The notes under the pieces are model-generated. The model saw only the letters and a program-made list of their open reading frames with translations, was not told the DNA's origin and searched no databases. A stretch of DNA of 64,000 nucleotides. It comes from Podarcis filfolensis (Eukaryota). This document shows, piece by piece, positions 1 to 12,420 of the stretch; the first letter of the stretch is position 1; every line of letters starts with the position of its first letter. The DNA is taken from NCBI GenBank assembly GCA_964270895.1, contig OZ185441.1; one strand, 5' to 3'. The translations under genes were made by a program, and so were the position numbers.

Positions 1-378
1 AGCATAATAACTTCTGAAATTAAAACCTGTCTAAAACTCTGTGGAAAGCTAACAACCAGTTCATTAACCATTCCTGTTAGTTGTTTTCAATAATGCAAAA
101 ATGATTAGAAGTTTAATTTGTTAATCACCTGTGTTTTGACTGGCAGTAGTATATGAATCTCTGCAGAAGTCTAAACTAGCCCTTACAGAAAATAAAACAT
201 GCTAATGCTTTATTAGGCCTAATAATATTTTTTTTTTAAAAAAATATCTTATCACACCTGGGTAAATCATTGACGGTTGCACAATTAATTTCTCCTTAAC
301 TCTGTTTAAATTTACAGGCAATGAGAATACAGCTAGGAGAGTCTATCTATCATCAACAAGATTTAGTACTTCACTCAC

Positions 379-463
379 CAATCATGTGATTTGCAACATG
401 AACCTGGATATCCCACTCATTGTAGAAAACCATCTGGCACTTGATGCACTGATAGGTCTTCTT
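379..463 (-). CDS. ZNF521: ZNF521 85-nt coding exon (exon 5 equivalent), [28 protein letters not shown](D), one C2H2 finger
   Basis: Reverse complement reads ttgtttcctctag|AAGAAGACCTATCAGTGCATCAAG...AATCACATGATTG|gtgagt. It continues in frame from the phase-0 donor at 14870 and matches the ZNF521 C-terminal finger cluster. Not in the ORF track. Confidence 0.97.
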
Positions 464-1582
464 CTAGAGGAAACAACAATGGAAAGTATTAATTAAGCAA
501 GTATGCACATAAATGAATTCTCACAACAATTACGTAAAAAAAAATTCAGCAAGCTAAAAATGTGGACATACTAAATATTAGTATAGAATCAGACACTATT
601 TCTATATCTTCCCCATTTCTCCTGTTTTGCTAGTCTTACAACCCACTAGACATAAGTCACATCCACTGCAGTTGGATGTCTACTTATGCATCGTTTAAAA
701 AGAGAGAAGGGGATACAATTTTGCAAACCTTTTTCTTCAACTTCCAACTTAAAGGCTTTTCTATCTAAAAAAGAAAACTAGCACACCAGTGAAGATTCAG
801 TCAAGCTGACATGCTAGATTTCTAAATGCTTAGAAGTTGTTCTGTTGCCAGTGGTCTCTTACATTCAGCTGGTAACAAGGATTGGTTCCCCAAATATTAA
901 AGAACCCATAGCACATTTCTTCACTTGATCATAAATCAAGAGAAACAGAGAAAGTTTCTCCTCAATACTCCGCAGAACGAATCCAGATGACCAGCTTACC
1001 AAGCGGTCATTGCACAGTGTTATGAGATATGGCTTGGTAAATTATATTCATCCAATGTCACATGACTGCCCAGGTTAATGTGTGTCTTACTCTGCTTCTT
1101 ATCTAGGATTTGCATACCTCCTGGGGGAATTAGGATCGATCTCAATATGGCCAATTTCTTTTCGCTTGGGAAGCCCCCAAACCATTTTCTAACACCACAG
1201 CTCCTACGCTGCAGTAAGATGCACAAAATGTGTCAAATATCCACAACCCTGCTCTTAGATTGCTCTGACTGATGGAGCCTTGAAGGACATTATATTAGTA
1301 CAATGCATGTCCAGCCGACCAGCAAATGTCAGGACCCCCGGTGGCTGTTGCCAGCCTTACATGGCTGCTAGTCAAACAGCTAACAGGGGACATGTAACTT
1401 CTTTTTATGTATGCGTTCTTACTGTAGTGCGTTTCATTTGAATATTAGTTCATCATCTTTCCCAAAGAGGGGGCGTATGCTTGTTTGGGGCACAGGTTGA
1501 GTGGAAGAAACCATCTTTGTAATCTGTAAATGCTGAAACCTTTATAAATGTGTGCAATTCAATGGCATATTCTTCAGAGAAA

Positions 1583-1665
1583 GTGAGCTCCATGGCTGAG
1601 TGGGGACTGGGATTCTGGTCTCCTAAGTCCCAGACTAACACTCAAATCACTATGCCACACTGGTT
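1583..1665 (-). mobile_element. Decayed tRNA-headed SINE 5' fragment
   Basis: Reverse complement ccagtgtggcatagtgatttgagtgttagtctgggacttaggagaccagaatcccagtccccactcagccatggagctcac resembles a squamate SINE head. Confidence 0.5.
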
Positions 1666-2040
1666 TAAGCTATGTACCTGACAGCAAAATTCCTGTATTC
1701 TGAATCTACCCTATTTAGCTAAAACTGAAGAGACATAGCTTGTTGATCTTAAATCAGTGCAGTCCTGCCACTTTCATTCGCATAGCGCCAAACCATGATC
1801 TGGCATTGCTTCTGACCTTGTGTCCAGTTTTAAGAATTACTGGTAAATGTCAACAACCACAGAGCTTATGACAGTTACTGCAACACATTCCTGTTCAAGT
1901 CAAAGATTTTAAAACTAGAACCTTAATACCTGAAATGTGCAATATCTGAGTAATTTATAGTATTCCCATAAAAATCCCAAAGGGAAATCTCAGAAAATTA
2001 CATTTACCAGTAAATCTCAAAGCTAACTCAGTGCCTTCAA

Positions 2041-2104
2041 TAAATGTCTAAATGTCATCTTCATTTCCATCGTAAATGTCTAAATCTCATCCTCATTTCT
2101 ATCA
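2041..2104. repeat. 32-bp tandem duplication (2 copies, 4 mismatches)
   Basis: taaatgtctaaatgtcatcttcatttccatcg followed by taaatgtctaaatctcatcctcatttctatca. Confidence 0.85.
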
Positions 2105-4840
2105 TTTACCAGTGAAGGACATTTATAAGCCCTGGGACACAAACATCTGACATTTCCGGCTGGGCCTCCTAAAATCTTGAGAATTGCAAGTAAATATCAA
2201 GATCCACCAACTTTCATTTGCCATAGCATATATACCCTATTAACTTCATATTTCTAAATCTTTCAATTGCATACTTGCTCATTTACAACAACTGTAATCT
2301 ATTTTAATAGTTCATATCATTTGCTTCAAGTGGCAAATACTTGGGTAGAAATATCATTAGATAGACTGGTGCCTTAGAATAAACCCAGCTTTAATTTAAT
2401 TTAATTTGGCGATGGATGGGGACCATTTATTTACTCTTTAAGGTGGCACTTGTAGGGATGTGGTCCATTACTTGATGCCAGTTCAAGAGATTCATCACCA
2501 GTACCAATTCGCTTCAGTTCTCACTTTGCTATTTTTAACCATTCCTGATCCAGTTCTTAGGTTTTCAAAAATAGTGTTATTGTTTACGTTCTTTATGACG
2601 ATCTCAGGGCTGGTTGAAAACGCAGTGAGCCCACTGAAGTATGCATCTTGCCTCAAGGTTACTGTCTGTTCAAGTGAAGATGAGAAGGCAACAAAGCCCC
2701 TGTCCCCTTACTCTTGTTTGTGGTTTTTCCTTGTCAACCAGCTACCACATTAACAACTTAAATTGTCAAGCAAATCAGTAACTCATTTCATTTATTGTTC
2801 ATTTGGATTTTAGGGCACCATGTGCTTATGATTCATTCACCTACCCATGCACCCCCAAAAAGCCAGTTCACATCACTCAAGACATGGCTTGCAGGGTGTG
2901 CTTATGATTTTCACCACAACCCACCACACACTTTGGCCGGGGTAGGGGTGGGGAATGCAGTTTTATTTTTGCATGGACAAAAGCTACTAAGTATTAACCG
3001 CTGATAGGAAGATTATTATAGTGGTATAATAAAAAATGTAATATTATTATAAAAACTATATGCATCAGGCTCACATTTCAACACTCACAAAATACAGATG
3101 AATTCCATTTTTTTGCTGCATTAATAAATATAACATTTTCACATTAAGACAATGGCTGTGCTTTCATTGTGAGTTTGGCAAAATCACATGGAATGAAAAA
3201 AATGAGAAATGGGTTAACGATAAAACAATGAATGTTAATGGTTGTTAATGGCTAAAATAGTCACTTGAACAGTGAATCAATTACAGAAGTAAATGTGAAT
3301 ATACATTTCAGCAGCACCCTTATAGCAGGACAGGTAAGATCAGATGTTGCCGCTGATGGTAGCTGAATCTTAGCGGAACAAATGTTGTCATATAATTTTT
3401 TTTGTTAATTGTAAGCAGGAAATCAGCAGAAAGTCACTACAAGCAAGCCTACTTCACAAAGAGAGTGGAAAAGTGGCCTATGGATCAGTTTGATGCTTGG
3501 TCTGCTTGTAGCAAATTTCACCATCATCCCTACATAAGACATGTCAAGATGAGGAAAAATGTATTTCAGGTACCTGGGACTCCAAAACAGAACATGCCAG
3601 GTAGGAAAATTGCATCTACAATAGACTTTTAAATAACAACCATCAATGTTGAGAGATTTATTGTGCCAAGTTCCTTAAAAGATGTTTTTGATACTGACAC
3701 GTAGGCCAGCACACATTGCGTATATAACAATCACTCTTCCTTTTTTAACATTATTTCCCTTTAGAACTAGTTAGAAAATATTTCTTGCTCCCAGGTGCCT
3801 AACATTATATATGGCTTATTAGCATACCCCAGCATTACTCCTGATATGTGACTTTATTGAAAAACAAAGAAACGTAAACTTAATGGCTGGTCTTTTCTCT
3901 CGTTAGAACAGTAAAACATAGTGCATGTCGAGAATTGTCAACAGAAATTATGACGGATGAATACAATGACACAACGTACAAAGCTCTCTCTCCCCCCCCC
4001 CAACTTTATTTGAAGCTTAATGATAGCAAGGAAAAATCACTTGACAAAAACAACAACAACACAGCTCTTACTAGCCTCTTCAGAATGATCTGACATACTT
4101 GAAGATCAACATAGACATCTTCTTTTATCATAAAACAAGAGACTGTTTTTGTCTCTGCTGCTAGATCAAACACTAGTTCTTTTTAGATTCCAAAGAGCTT
4201 CTAAAATGTTACTATCAACTTTTATTAAGTCAGCAATATACTTAACTAGACTTGTGTCAACGAACTTAAGATTTTTAAATGATCAAAAATGCCGTCATAT
4301 TCAAACCTTGCAGGAGCAAACACAGCATTCTTATTTCCATCATTTTGTTTCTTTTAACAAAGCAGCAAAGGATTGATTTCTTCTGAAATCAGCAGTACAC
4401 TTCTCATTTGAATGCCTCTTGGATCAGTCTCTAAAAGAAGTGGGTGCTGGCTACTGCTATGGTAGTTTTCTTTTCATTTTGTTGCTAGTCTCTCCACGCA
4501 GTGGTGCTATCTAACTCATGCTGAAGAAAGGAAAGAGGTCAAATATGATGGTAATATATATTAATATTTTTATTAAGTGTAAATTTTAGTGTTTATTTAC
4601 TTCCAAGATTTGTAGACCACTTTTCACCAAACATGATCACAAAGCAGCGTACAGGGAGTGTTCTTGTTTAGTGACGGCTTTGGGAAATGTGTATTATTTG
4701 GGGTGCGTAGGTTGGCAGGTATCTCATGGATGAAAGAAATCAGGCAGGTACATTAAGAAAAATATGTTGGTTTAAAGGGCAACATGGAAAAATATGGGTA
4801 GAGAAAAACCAGGAAGCTCTTCAGCAACCTGAATCTGTGC

Positions 4841-5446
4841 TGTCATATGGACAGAGGCCCTGATCAGGATTACTATATAGCTAGAATGAAAACTACAATA
4901 TAGGGTGAAGCAATGCCATCAAGATCCCAGGCAGTATCTTTCGAAAGCAATAAAGTTAGCTTTGGTGTGGAAGCCAGAAGACCACTCTGCAAAGCTGCTT
5001 GCCTGCCAAGAGTCAGGGGCTGTTAAGCTGGCGTTTCATCAGCAGAAGCTAGTGGTCATGAGATATTTTTTTCCTGAATGAGCAATTTATCTGTAGGAGA
5101 TGGGGCTTGACAGCAGGTCTCTGTAGGGGCATTTGTGTGAGGGGGAAGGAAAGGTGTGTGCAGAGTGAACTGAGAGAGAATCAAACAGAGAGCAGTGAGT
5201 TGGCTGAAAGTGAATCGCCCCTGGGTTGCAAGCACTCTCTCTGAGAATCAGATGTGGGGTGAGTGGAATTCTTGCCTGCTGAGGGAGTGTCAGTTTGCTT
5301 CTAATATGCTCTGCTTGTATATTTGTAAATGAACAGATATTGCAAAGACATCATAAGTCTCCAGTGCTCTCATTCAAACGAAATTAAACCCTGTAGCACT
5401 GCCCCTGGAAATTCTCACTATTTGAGGAAGTGCGAAGTGTGTAACA
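4841..5446 (+). mobile_element. Probable solo LTR (about 606 bp)
   Basis: Begins TGTCAT and ends GTAACA; flanks gtgc/gtgt (3 of 4, possible 4-bp TSD); a 'cttgtatatttgtaaatgaac' polyA-like segment lies near the 3' end; more GC-rich than its flanks. Confidence 0.5.
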
Positions 5447-7654
5447 GTGTGATATCTTTGTTTAGGCTTATAAACAAGTATTACTAATTAATGATGCACA
5501 TCTCAATCCTTCATTCAAAATTTGCCAAAGAAGTATGCAGTTTGCCTTTACTCTGTATGTTAGAGATAAAAAAAAACCAATTCAAACACTGTGACTACAA
5601 CTCTCCTTCCAAAATTAATTGTAGACTTATAAACTATTATGGAGCTCGAGTAAGAGATTGGCATAGATCTGCAACAGCCCATGGGATTTCCTCACTGAAT
5701 ACGGCGGTATGTGGCTCAAGCCTAAAAATTCATATAGAAAACTGCATAAAGGTTTTCTCCCCCTTAAATACAACTGTGATGCTAACTCCTTGTACCACTG
5801 GGGATGGTAGCCAATGCTGAATTATAGCAGTTCATAAAACAGCTCATAATATTCCTGACCTGAAAAGTTAGGTGATGTTAGAAGGCCAATTCAGTGCTGT
5901 GGTCTAATATAAGAACTCCCAGTTCTGCAGCTTTTCCTCAGGTTTGGTGAACTTGCCACTGAAGGAGGAAACCAGTTCCTTCCTCTGTGCCACCAGACCA
6001 CCAGCATACAGCTTGTTTGCCCGTTCTTCACCAGAGCACTGCCACCACTCTCCAGCTAGAACATGCTCCCTATACAAGCCCATCCTTCGGCCTGACCTCC
6101 TGATAAAATTTTTGGAAAGTGTTCCTCCAGACTGTTGCAATTTTGCAATAGGGATTCAATTGCATAGCAGCAAATTCAGATTGTACAATGAAACCTTGTG
6201 CAAAGAAATCAGGATGAACGTTCAATAAACAGGTCATGTGGAAGCTACCCTTATTAGGAATTAAACAGTCTTTTTGAAAACTTCAGTAAAAATCATCTGT
6301 GCACAATTGAGCTAAAATTAGGTACTTTTGAATTTCATCAATTTCAATGTTAGAGAGCTAAGAACATGCTTAACCCTTTCATTAAATTAGGAAGTATTTG
6401 AAGTACTTAACTTTATGCCGAATTGTGCCCTCTGCATTTAAAATCTGTCCAGGTCCGCGCTTAGGTTTGACAGTACTGATATGGTACTAAAAGTTCAAAT
6501 CATGCTGAAATAAAGGAAATAGTCAAGAATATAGAAACATACCCTCCAACATTCCACATGAATGTTCAAAAGAGTGTATCAAAATAGATGTCTCAACATC
6601 TATCGCTTTTGTTCAAAACTAATTTTATCTATATTTCTTTATCACCCGTTGATTCTTCTACTCATTCTTAATTCTTTCCTTTTTTCTTCCCTCTGAGCGC
6701 GGTCTTGGGAGAGAAAATATTAATCCCTTCCTGTTAAATTCTGCAAATCTTGTGTGTCTTCAAAATAAATGTTTTTATAAGGAGTTTAATGCTGTTAAGT
6801 ACTTATACTGCATATTAATCTTTTCTTTTGTATTGTCTCCACAGCTTTTTCAAATCCAGGGAAACTGTGTGTGTTGCACCCTCTTTCAATGCTTTCAAAT
6901 AAACTTTGTAAAAATATTCAATCAACATTTCTAGGCATGATCTCACTTTAGAGGAACTGTGCCCTTTATCTTTCATTAGATCTTAACTTTCTAGGTGTTC
7001 CTCTATTAAATTCTGATTAGCCTCTCTAGGAGCTTCTCCTACTGTTTAAACCAAGCTTTTAAAACATGTAATTTTCTGGCTAATCCTCATGCTCACCTAA
7101 ATGCCTACCTTAACATTAGCTATCCCTTAACCTGACAATAACTCTTCAGTTTCCAAAGCAACAAACATACCTATTTAAGAGCTTCCTTTTGTCTAATATA
7201 CTAATCCTAGATATGCACAGTGATAGTGCATCCAGTTTTAACTGTTTTGCTTTGCTTTGGGAGAAGCCCAGAGAACTGTTATGAGAGGTCACATAAATGC
7301 AGTTAATAAGTTAACCCCGCTTACATGAGAGTAAGCACCATTGAATTCAAAAAGGCTTCTTTCAGAGCAGACACCAAACCCAAGAAAACTGGCTTGTTCA
7401 TGTTGCTACCTTCCCTTGACAAGCTATTTTTTGTTGAACCAATTAAAACAAATGAGACTGGTTTCTTTTCATGGAATTTATGGCTCTCCTCTTCCACATT
7501 TTATCCTCACAACCCTGAGACATAGACTGACAGTGAAAAGCCGAAGGTGGTCTAGGGAGGTTCACAGATGAGTCGTGATTTTAACTCTGGTCTCCTACAA
7601 TCTGGTCTATTTAATATCCCTCCACATTCTGGCAAAAAGCCATAGAAGTAAATA

Positions 7655-7880
7655 CAGTGGTACCTCGGGTTAAGTACTTAATTCGTTCCAGAGGTCCGTT
7701 CTTAACCTGAAACTGTTCTTAAGCTGAAGCACCACTTTAGCTAATGGGGCCTCCTACTGCTGCCGCGCCGCCGGAGCACGATTTCTGTTCTCATCCTGAA
7801 GCAAAGTTCTTAACCCGAGGTACTATTTCAGGGTTAGCAGAGTCTGTAACCTGAAGCGTATGTAACCCGAGGTACCACTG
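7655..7880 (+). mobile_element. Tc1/mariner (Tigger-like) MITE, copy 1, 226 bp, orientation A
   Basis: TIRs cagtggtacctcgggtta / taacccgaggtaccactg with TA on both sides. Confidence 0.93.
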
Positions 7881-9210
7881 TAAGGTAGTGATGGGCTGTA
7901 ATCATTTTCCATTGGGCTGAAAGTTTAGTGGTGGGACCTAATTAATAGTTCTGTGTGACACCTTCCACCAACCAATTCAAACTCCAGTCTTATCTCATGG
8001 AATCCTCATGGAATTTGGTGGGGATTATTTCTGACAAATATATAGTTATTGTGACATAGACCCAAACTAGAAATCAAGACAGCAGGGAACCCTCCTAAAC
8101 CAAAGTTAGACACTTTTCAGTTGAGTTAGGCACTAAGCACTCACACAACTGCAATGCTTTTGTGTCCACATCTTTGCAAGGCAGGAGGATGGGAAGAAAA
8201 TGAGAACAGCTTTGCCCAACCTACAGGATCTGCTTGGTCACAGGCTGTCCTCACCAGGTCTAGGCCCTACCAGCTGCCGCTGCTTTGAGTCCAAAAAGAT
8301 CTGGAAAGCACTACATTGGCTACTTCCGATTTAGAAAGAACTGTCCTGGCTACCCCTGTATTAGTAGGAAGAACTATCTTGCTGTCTGGATCGCAAAAAG
8401 CTATTTTTTAGGGTCCAAGGCTAGAAGAGAGAGCTGTCCATAGGCATGAATAGAGAAAGGAATTGGGACTGGGCACAAGGGTGACTGTTATTACCAATCA
8501 ATTCTATCAAACTTCACCTCCATCAGCCACCATTTTGTGACTGGTGGATATCAGTAATTTTCAGTCATCCCAAGTGGCTGCATGGGAACAGAAGGACTGA
8601 GAAGCTCTGCATTAAGGCATGGTCTCTCCTTAGCACTACTTTTCTGGCACAAGGCCCAGAGATCAAGCAGCAAGTTGGGGGGGGGATACTTTACTTAGCA
8701 TTATTATGGTTTTCACGCAATACATCTTTGCATGGGTTCCACTTTGTAATGGCAAAGCTTCTTTAAAAACATGGGTCTATTGTTTTAAGAAACTTTGTCC
8801 CAAATTTCTACTGCAACTGCTGAGTGCAAACTTTCTTTCAGGAAATTCCCTGGTATGCCTTCTTCATTAAGCTCTTCTCCCTTATTTCCAGTTCTCAAAA
8901 ATGTCTTATATCTCTGGTAAAATAAATTGTCCACTTGGGAACAAAATTTTAATTTGATTTTGAGTGAGATAAAACACTCTCCACAACTATGAAGACCTCT
9001 TTCCTACTCTGCATTTCTTTACAAGGCTTTTATGGTGAAATCAGAGGCACTAGGCACACATTATTCATGCATACAATGTATGCATGAGTAAGGGAGAACT
9101 GGCCATGCCCCAGCATAGTTTGCGCCACTGGCCTCACTCCCTTGATGCTTCAATCTTGTGCTGCACCTATGTGTGCTCAGCTAAATACAAGTAAGTGCAC
9201 TTTTGCAGCC

Positions 9211-9375
9211 TCCATTGCGCAGTGGTAGAGCATCTGTTTTGTATGCAAAAGATCCCAGATTTAGTCCCAGCTAGGACTAGAAATGTCTCCCAGTTATCAA
9301 GACTCCCGTTATCAGTCAGTGTAGACAACACTGAGCTAGATGGGTCCAACAAGCTCCCCTCCCTCCATGTCTTCC
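9211..9375 (+). mobile_element. tRNA(Ala-like)-headed SINE, decayed
   Basis: gcagtggtagagcatctgttttgtatgcaaaagatcccag head, followed by the squamate SINE body gtcagtgtagacaacactgagctagatgg. Confidence 0.7.
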
Positions 9376-10719
9376 AGGACCAGAAGTGGTATGAAGAAGC
9401 AGTAGCATAGACAGGCATGTTGGCATAGTTTCAGATTGCCTGGGCAGCTGTGGGAAAGTGGGTGTCTTCAGCCTCCACAACTGCCTTGTAGGGGCAAGAT
9501 CTACTGAGAAGACTTGCTGTGCTCATTAGGCATGGCTCCCCTGAGCAGGCTATGTTTCTCCTAACAAAGAGTTAACTTCACATACTCTATCTGATTTTTT
9601 GCTGGCTTGCTGCCTGACACACAGAAAGAGAGAGATACAAAGCAAAAAGGGCACAACACACAAAAAAGAAAAGCGAAAAGACCCTTTCTACTGCCTAAAC
9701 ATGCCCACATGTCAACAGCCAATGCGTCCTAGGTGTGCTCATACCTCTTGATATAATGCCTGAGTGATGGGACACAAGAGCAGAATACACAAGGGAGGAC
9801 GGGATACTTTCTTTCAACAATGCATTCATGTCTTGAGCCCTCAAAACCGACTCCTAGACAACTCTGTCTGGCTCCTAAGTTTTGCAAAAAATAATAATTT
9901 TTTTTGGCACTCCTGGCTATAACAAATGTAGAATGCTGATGTTCACTGTGATATTTTGTACCTGTGATATTCATTCACTATCCCCCCCAACAGCTGTTAT
10001 GCTAATAATAAAAAAGTCCAACAAGCAATGCTATAAGACAATGAGATAGCATTCAAGCGACCAACCACTTTTTCTACCCACAATCAGCAACAGCTGTGTC
10101 CAATAAAAGTAACAGTTTGCAAGTGCTCACTGGAGAATACTCCTTCAACACTTATGCCTATCGCAAATTTTGTAAACGCTCTCAGGATTCTGAGGCAACA
10201 TGTAGGGCTCTTTAAAATTTTATAAATCTGCATCACCTTAAAAAACCCTACTGACATCAAGTGTCTCCATTTCACCTCTGAAAACAATGTGATTTATTTT
10301 GATAAATAAGCCTGCCTTTTGTCCCCACTGCCACCTTTAAGGATCCCCCTCTACTTCACTCTCAGCATCTGAATGGAAAAACGAAACACTTAGCTCTGGA
10401 AGCAGTGATAAATATCATTCTTTAAATAAGAAGAGCAACAAGGAAGGTAGGTAAGAACTTCTGCCCCCATATGAGTACAACTGGCTTTTTGTGCTGTTCA
10501 AACAAAGAGCAGAGTTATAGGCAGCAGTGGCCCCCTGTGTGACGCTCCCTGCTGCTTTGCCCCTCTTCCTCTTGCTAAACAGCAGCAAAATATAGCGCTG
10601 GGAAGCTGGAAAAGCAATGCATCCTCACTGGTGCCTACTGGTCACAGGACCAGAACTAAAGGGGAAATTGCTGCATTTCTTGATTTAATTTTTTTAATAT
10701 TAATTTAATTATTTGCAAG

Positions 10720-11260
10720 CCATGTTTTAGCATGAACACATGAAGGCCATTTTGGTCCTCCTCCAGTCCTGCTGCTGTGAGCTAAGCCATGGTTTGTGGC
10801 TCAGTATGTTGTCTGCATGCAGGCTGGTAGTTATCTTGCTTCAAACCACAAGCTGTAACCAAGGTTTGTTCTCAGTTTGCAGCTCATAGTTTGTCTGGAG
10901 GGGAGAAACCATGAGCCTGGGTTTGGATGACATGCTAAGTCAAACCATGGCTTAGGTTACAGCAGCACAGCAGGACCAGAACAGCAAACTGGCCTTGATC
11001 TCCTCTCCAGGAGCCCAGAGGCTCACAAACTTGTGCTATGCCAGAGTTTGATGTAGCACTGCACACAAACTGAGCTTAAAAAACCTAAGCGTGACAATGG
11101 CCTGGGTCAGGTGACATGCTAAGCCAAACCTTAGTTTAGTGAGGCTGTGCAAGTGTCCATGCTCCCAGAGAGGATCTTGCAGCAGCTTTCCTCCCGACTG
11201 GTACTTTCCGATGCTGTGCTAAGCCAAGCCAAGGTTTGGATATGTATCATCCTAACCAGG
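10720..11260. repeat. Old interspersed element with four internal 'gctaagccaaaccatggttt'-like subrepeats
   Basis: Motif variants start at 10781, 10934, 11118 and 11218; 'gacatgctaag' occurs twice. Confidence 0.55.
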
Positions 11261-11309
11261 ACTGGTAGTTAAGCACTCCTCTCATTGATAGCAAGCTGTA
11301 GCCAAGAGC

Positions 11310-11474
11310 CATGGGAGCCAATAAAGGAGACACAGCTCCCAATAAAACATTTGAGGGCCCCGCCCCAAGTTAATGGGCATTGCCATTCAAATGGTGTGTG
11401 TGTTGTGTCATATGATTGATTATGTGGGGTGTAGCTTACCAGCCCCCCCTATTTTATTCAAGTTGGCACCCCTG
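11310..11474. mobile_element. Non-autonomous DNA transposon (MITE), 165 bp
   Basis: Right TIR gttggcacccctg; degenerate left TIR catgggagccaat (10 of 13); caagagc abuts both ends. Confidence 0.75.
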
Positions 11475-12079
11475 CAAGAGCAAATCTTTACATTATCTTG
11501 CGAAGCTAAGGTTTGGCTTAATGTATCACACAAACCAGCTCAGTGTTTTAAATGTAAGATATAATTAGACCAGAAGCAGGTTTTTTTAATCATTCAAAAG
11601 TTGTATAAAGTACGTGTTAATTGAATCCCATGCTGTTGCTTTTTAGAACTGTATCACTTCCGTTTCAGCTAGCAATCATCACTGGCCCTCAGCTTCTCAG
11701 GCAGGTCCCTTTTATGCATGATGGGCAAAGTGAAGACAGAGGTGCTTTTTATTATGTCTTATAAGACTTTGTTAACAATCCCGCAGTAAGGGTTATCCAA
11801 TTACCAAGGCTGGATCTAGACACATCAACAAAGCGTTTCAGTTAAACTTTGTATGAGAAACCAGGTTGGCAAAAATGGAACTCCACAGCACCATCTGGTG
11901 TCACAGTGTTAGAATTTATAAACAACGCATATAAAGCACTTTTTCTTGAACAATGTAGCTGAGTCCCAAGTTGCCCTCAACACATACCTTGACAGTCTCC
12001 TTTTAGAAACAATGCCCCAACTGTTGGAGGTGGTGATTCCAATATTTCAACTAATTTATTCCAAAAGTATTTAGGAGCT

Positions 12080-12420
12080 ATCTTTGCTCCTCCACCTGTG
12101 CCCTTTCTTTCCCTGGTTGTTTTCCTTTATGGTGGCCCTTTACAATCCTTGGAAGATGCCTCTCAGGTCCCTAAATGCTCTAGACTATCCATACAAGCCT
12201 ACTTCAGTGTGTCCCTCGAAGTCCTGCATTTTGAATCTCACCATTTCCCCCTTTCACTTTTTTTGAGACCTTGCTCCACTTATGTGTGTTTCAAATTGTG
12301 ATGACCCGAAGGTGGACACAATATTCCAGCTGAACCCTAATCAGGGCCAAGTAGAGCAATACCATGAAATCCCATGATCTGAATAAAGTGTTTCTGTTCA
12401 TGCAGTCCCAAGTGTGATTA
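12080..12420 (-). mobile_element. Old CR1 LINE ORF2 fragment
   Basis: aaattgtgatgacccgaaggtggacacaatattccagctga...cagggccaagtagagc resembles the antisense of the CR1 ORF2 C-terminal region. Confidence 0.55.

Noticed and set aside
210-225. Perfect 16-bp palindrome ttattaggcctaataa
   Set aside because: About one such palindrome is expected by chance in 64 kb of AT-rich DNA
5904-6228. GC-richer segment with overlapping 78-aa and 94-aa ORFs
   Set aside because: No domain or splice support seen; it cannot be distinguished from random or decayed repeat sequence
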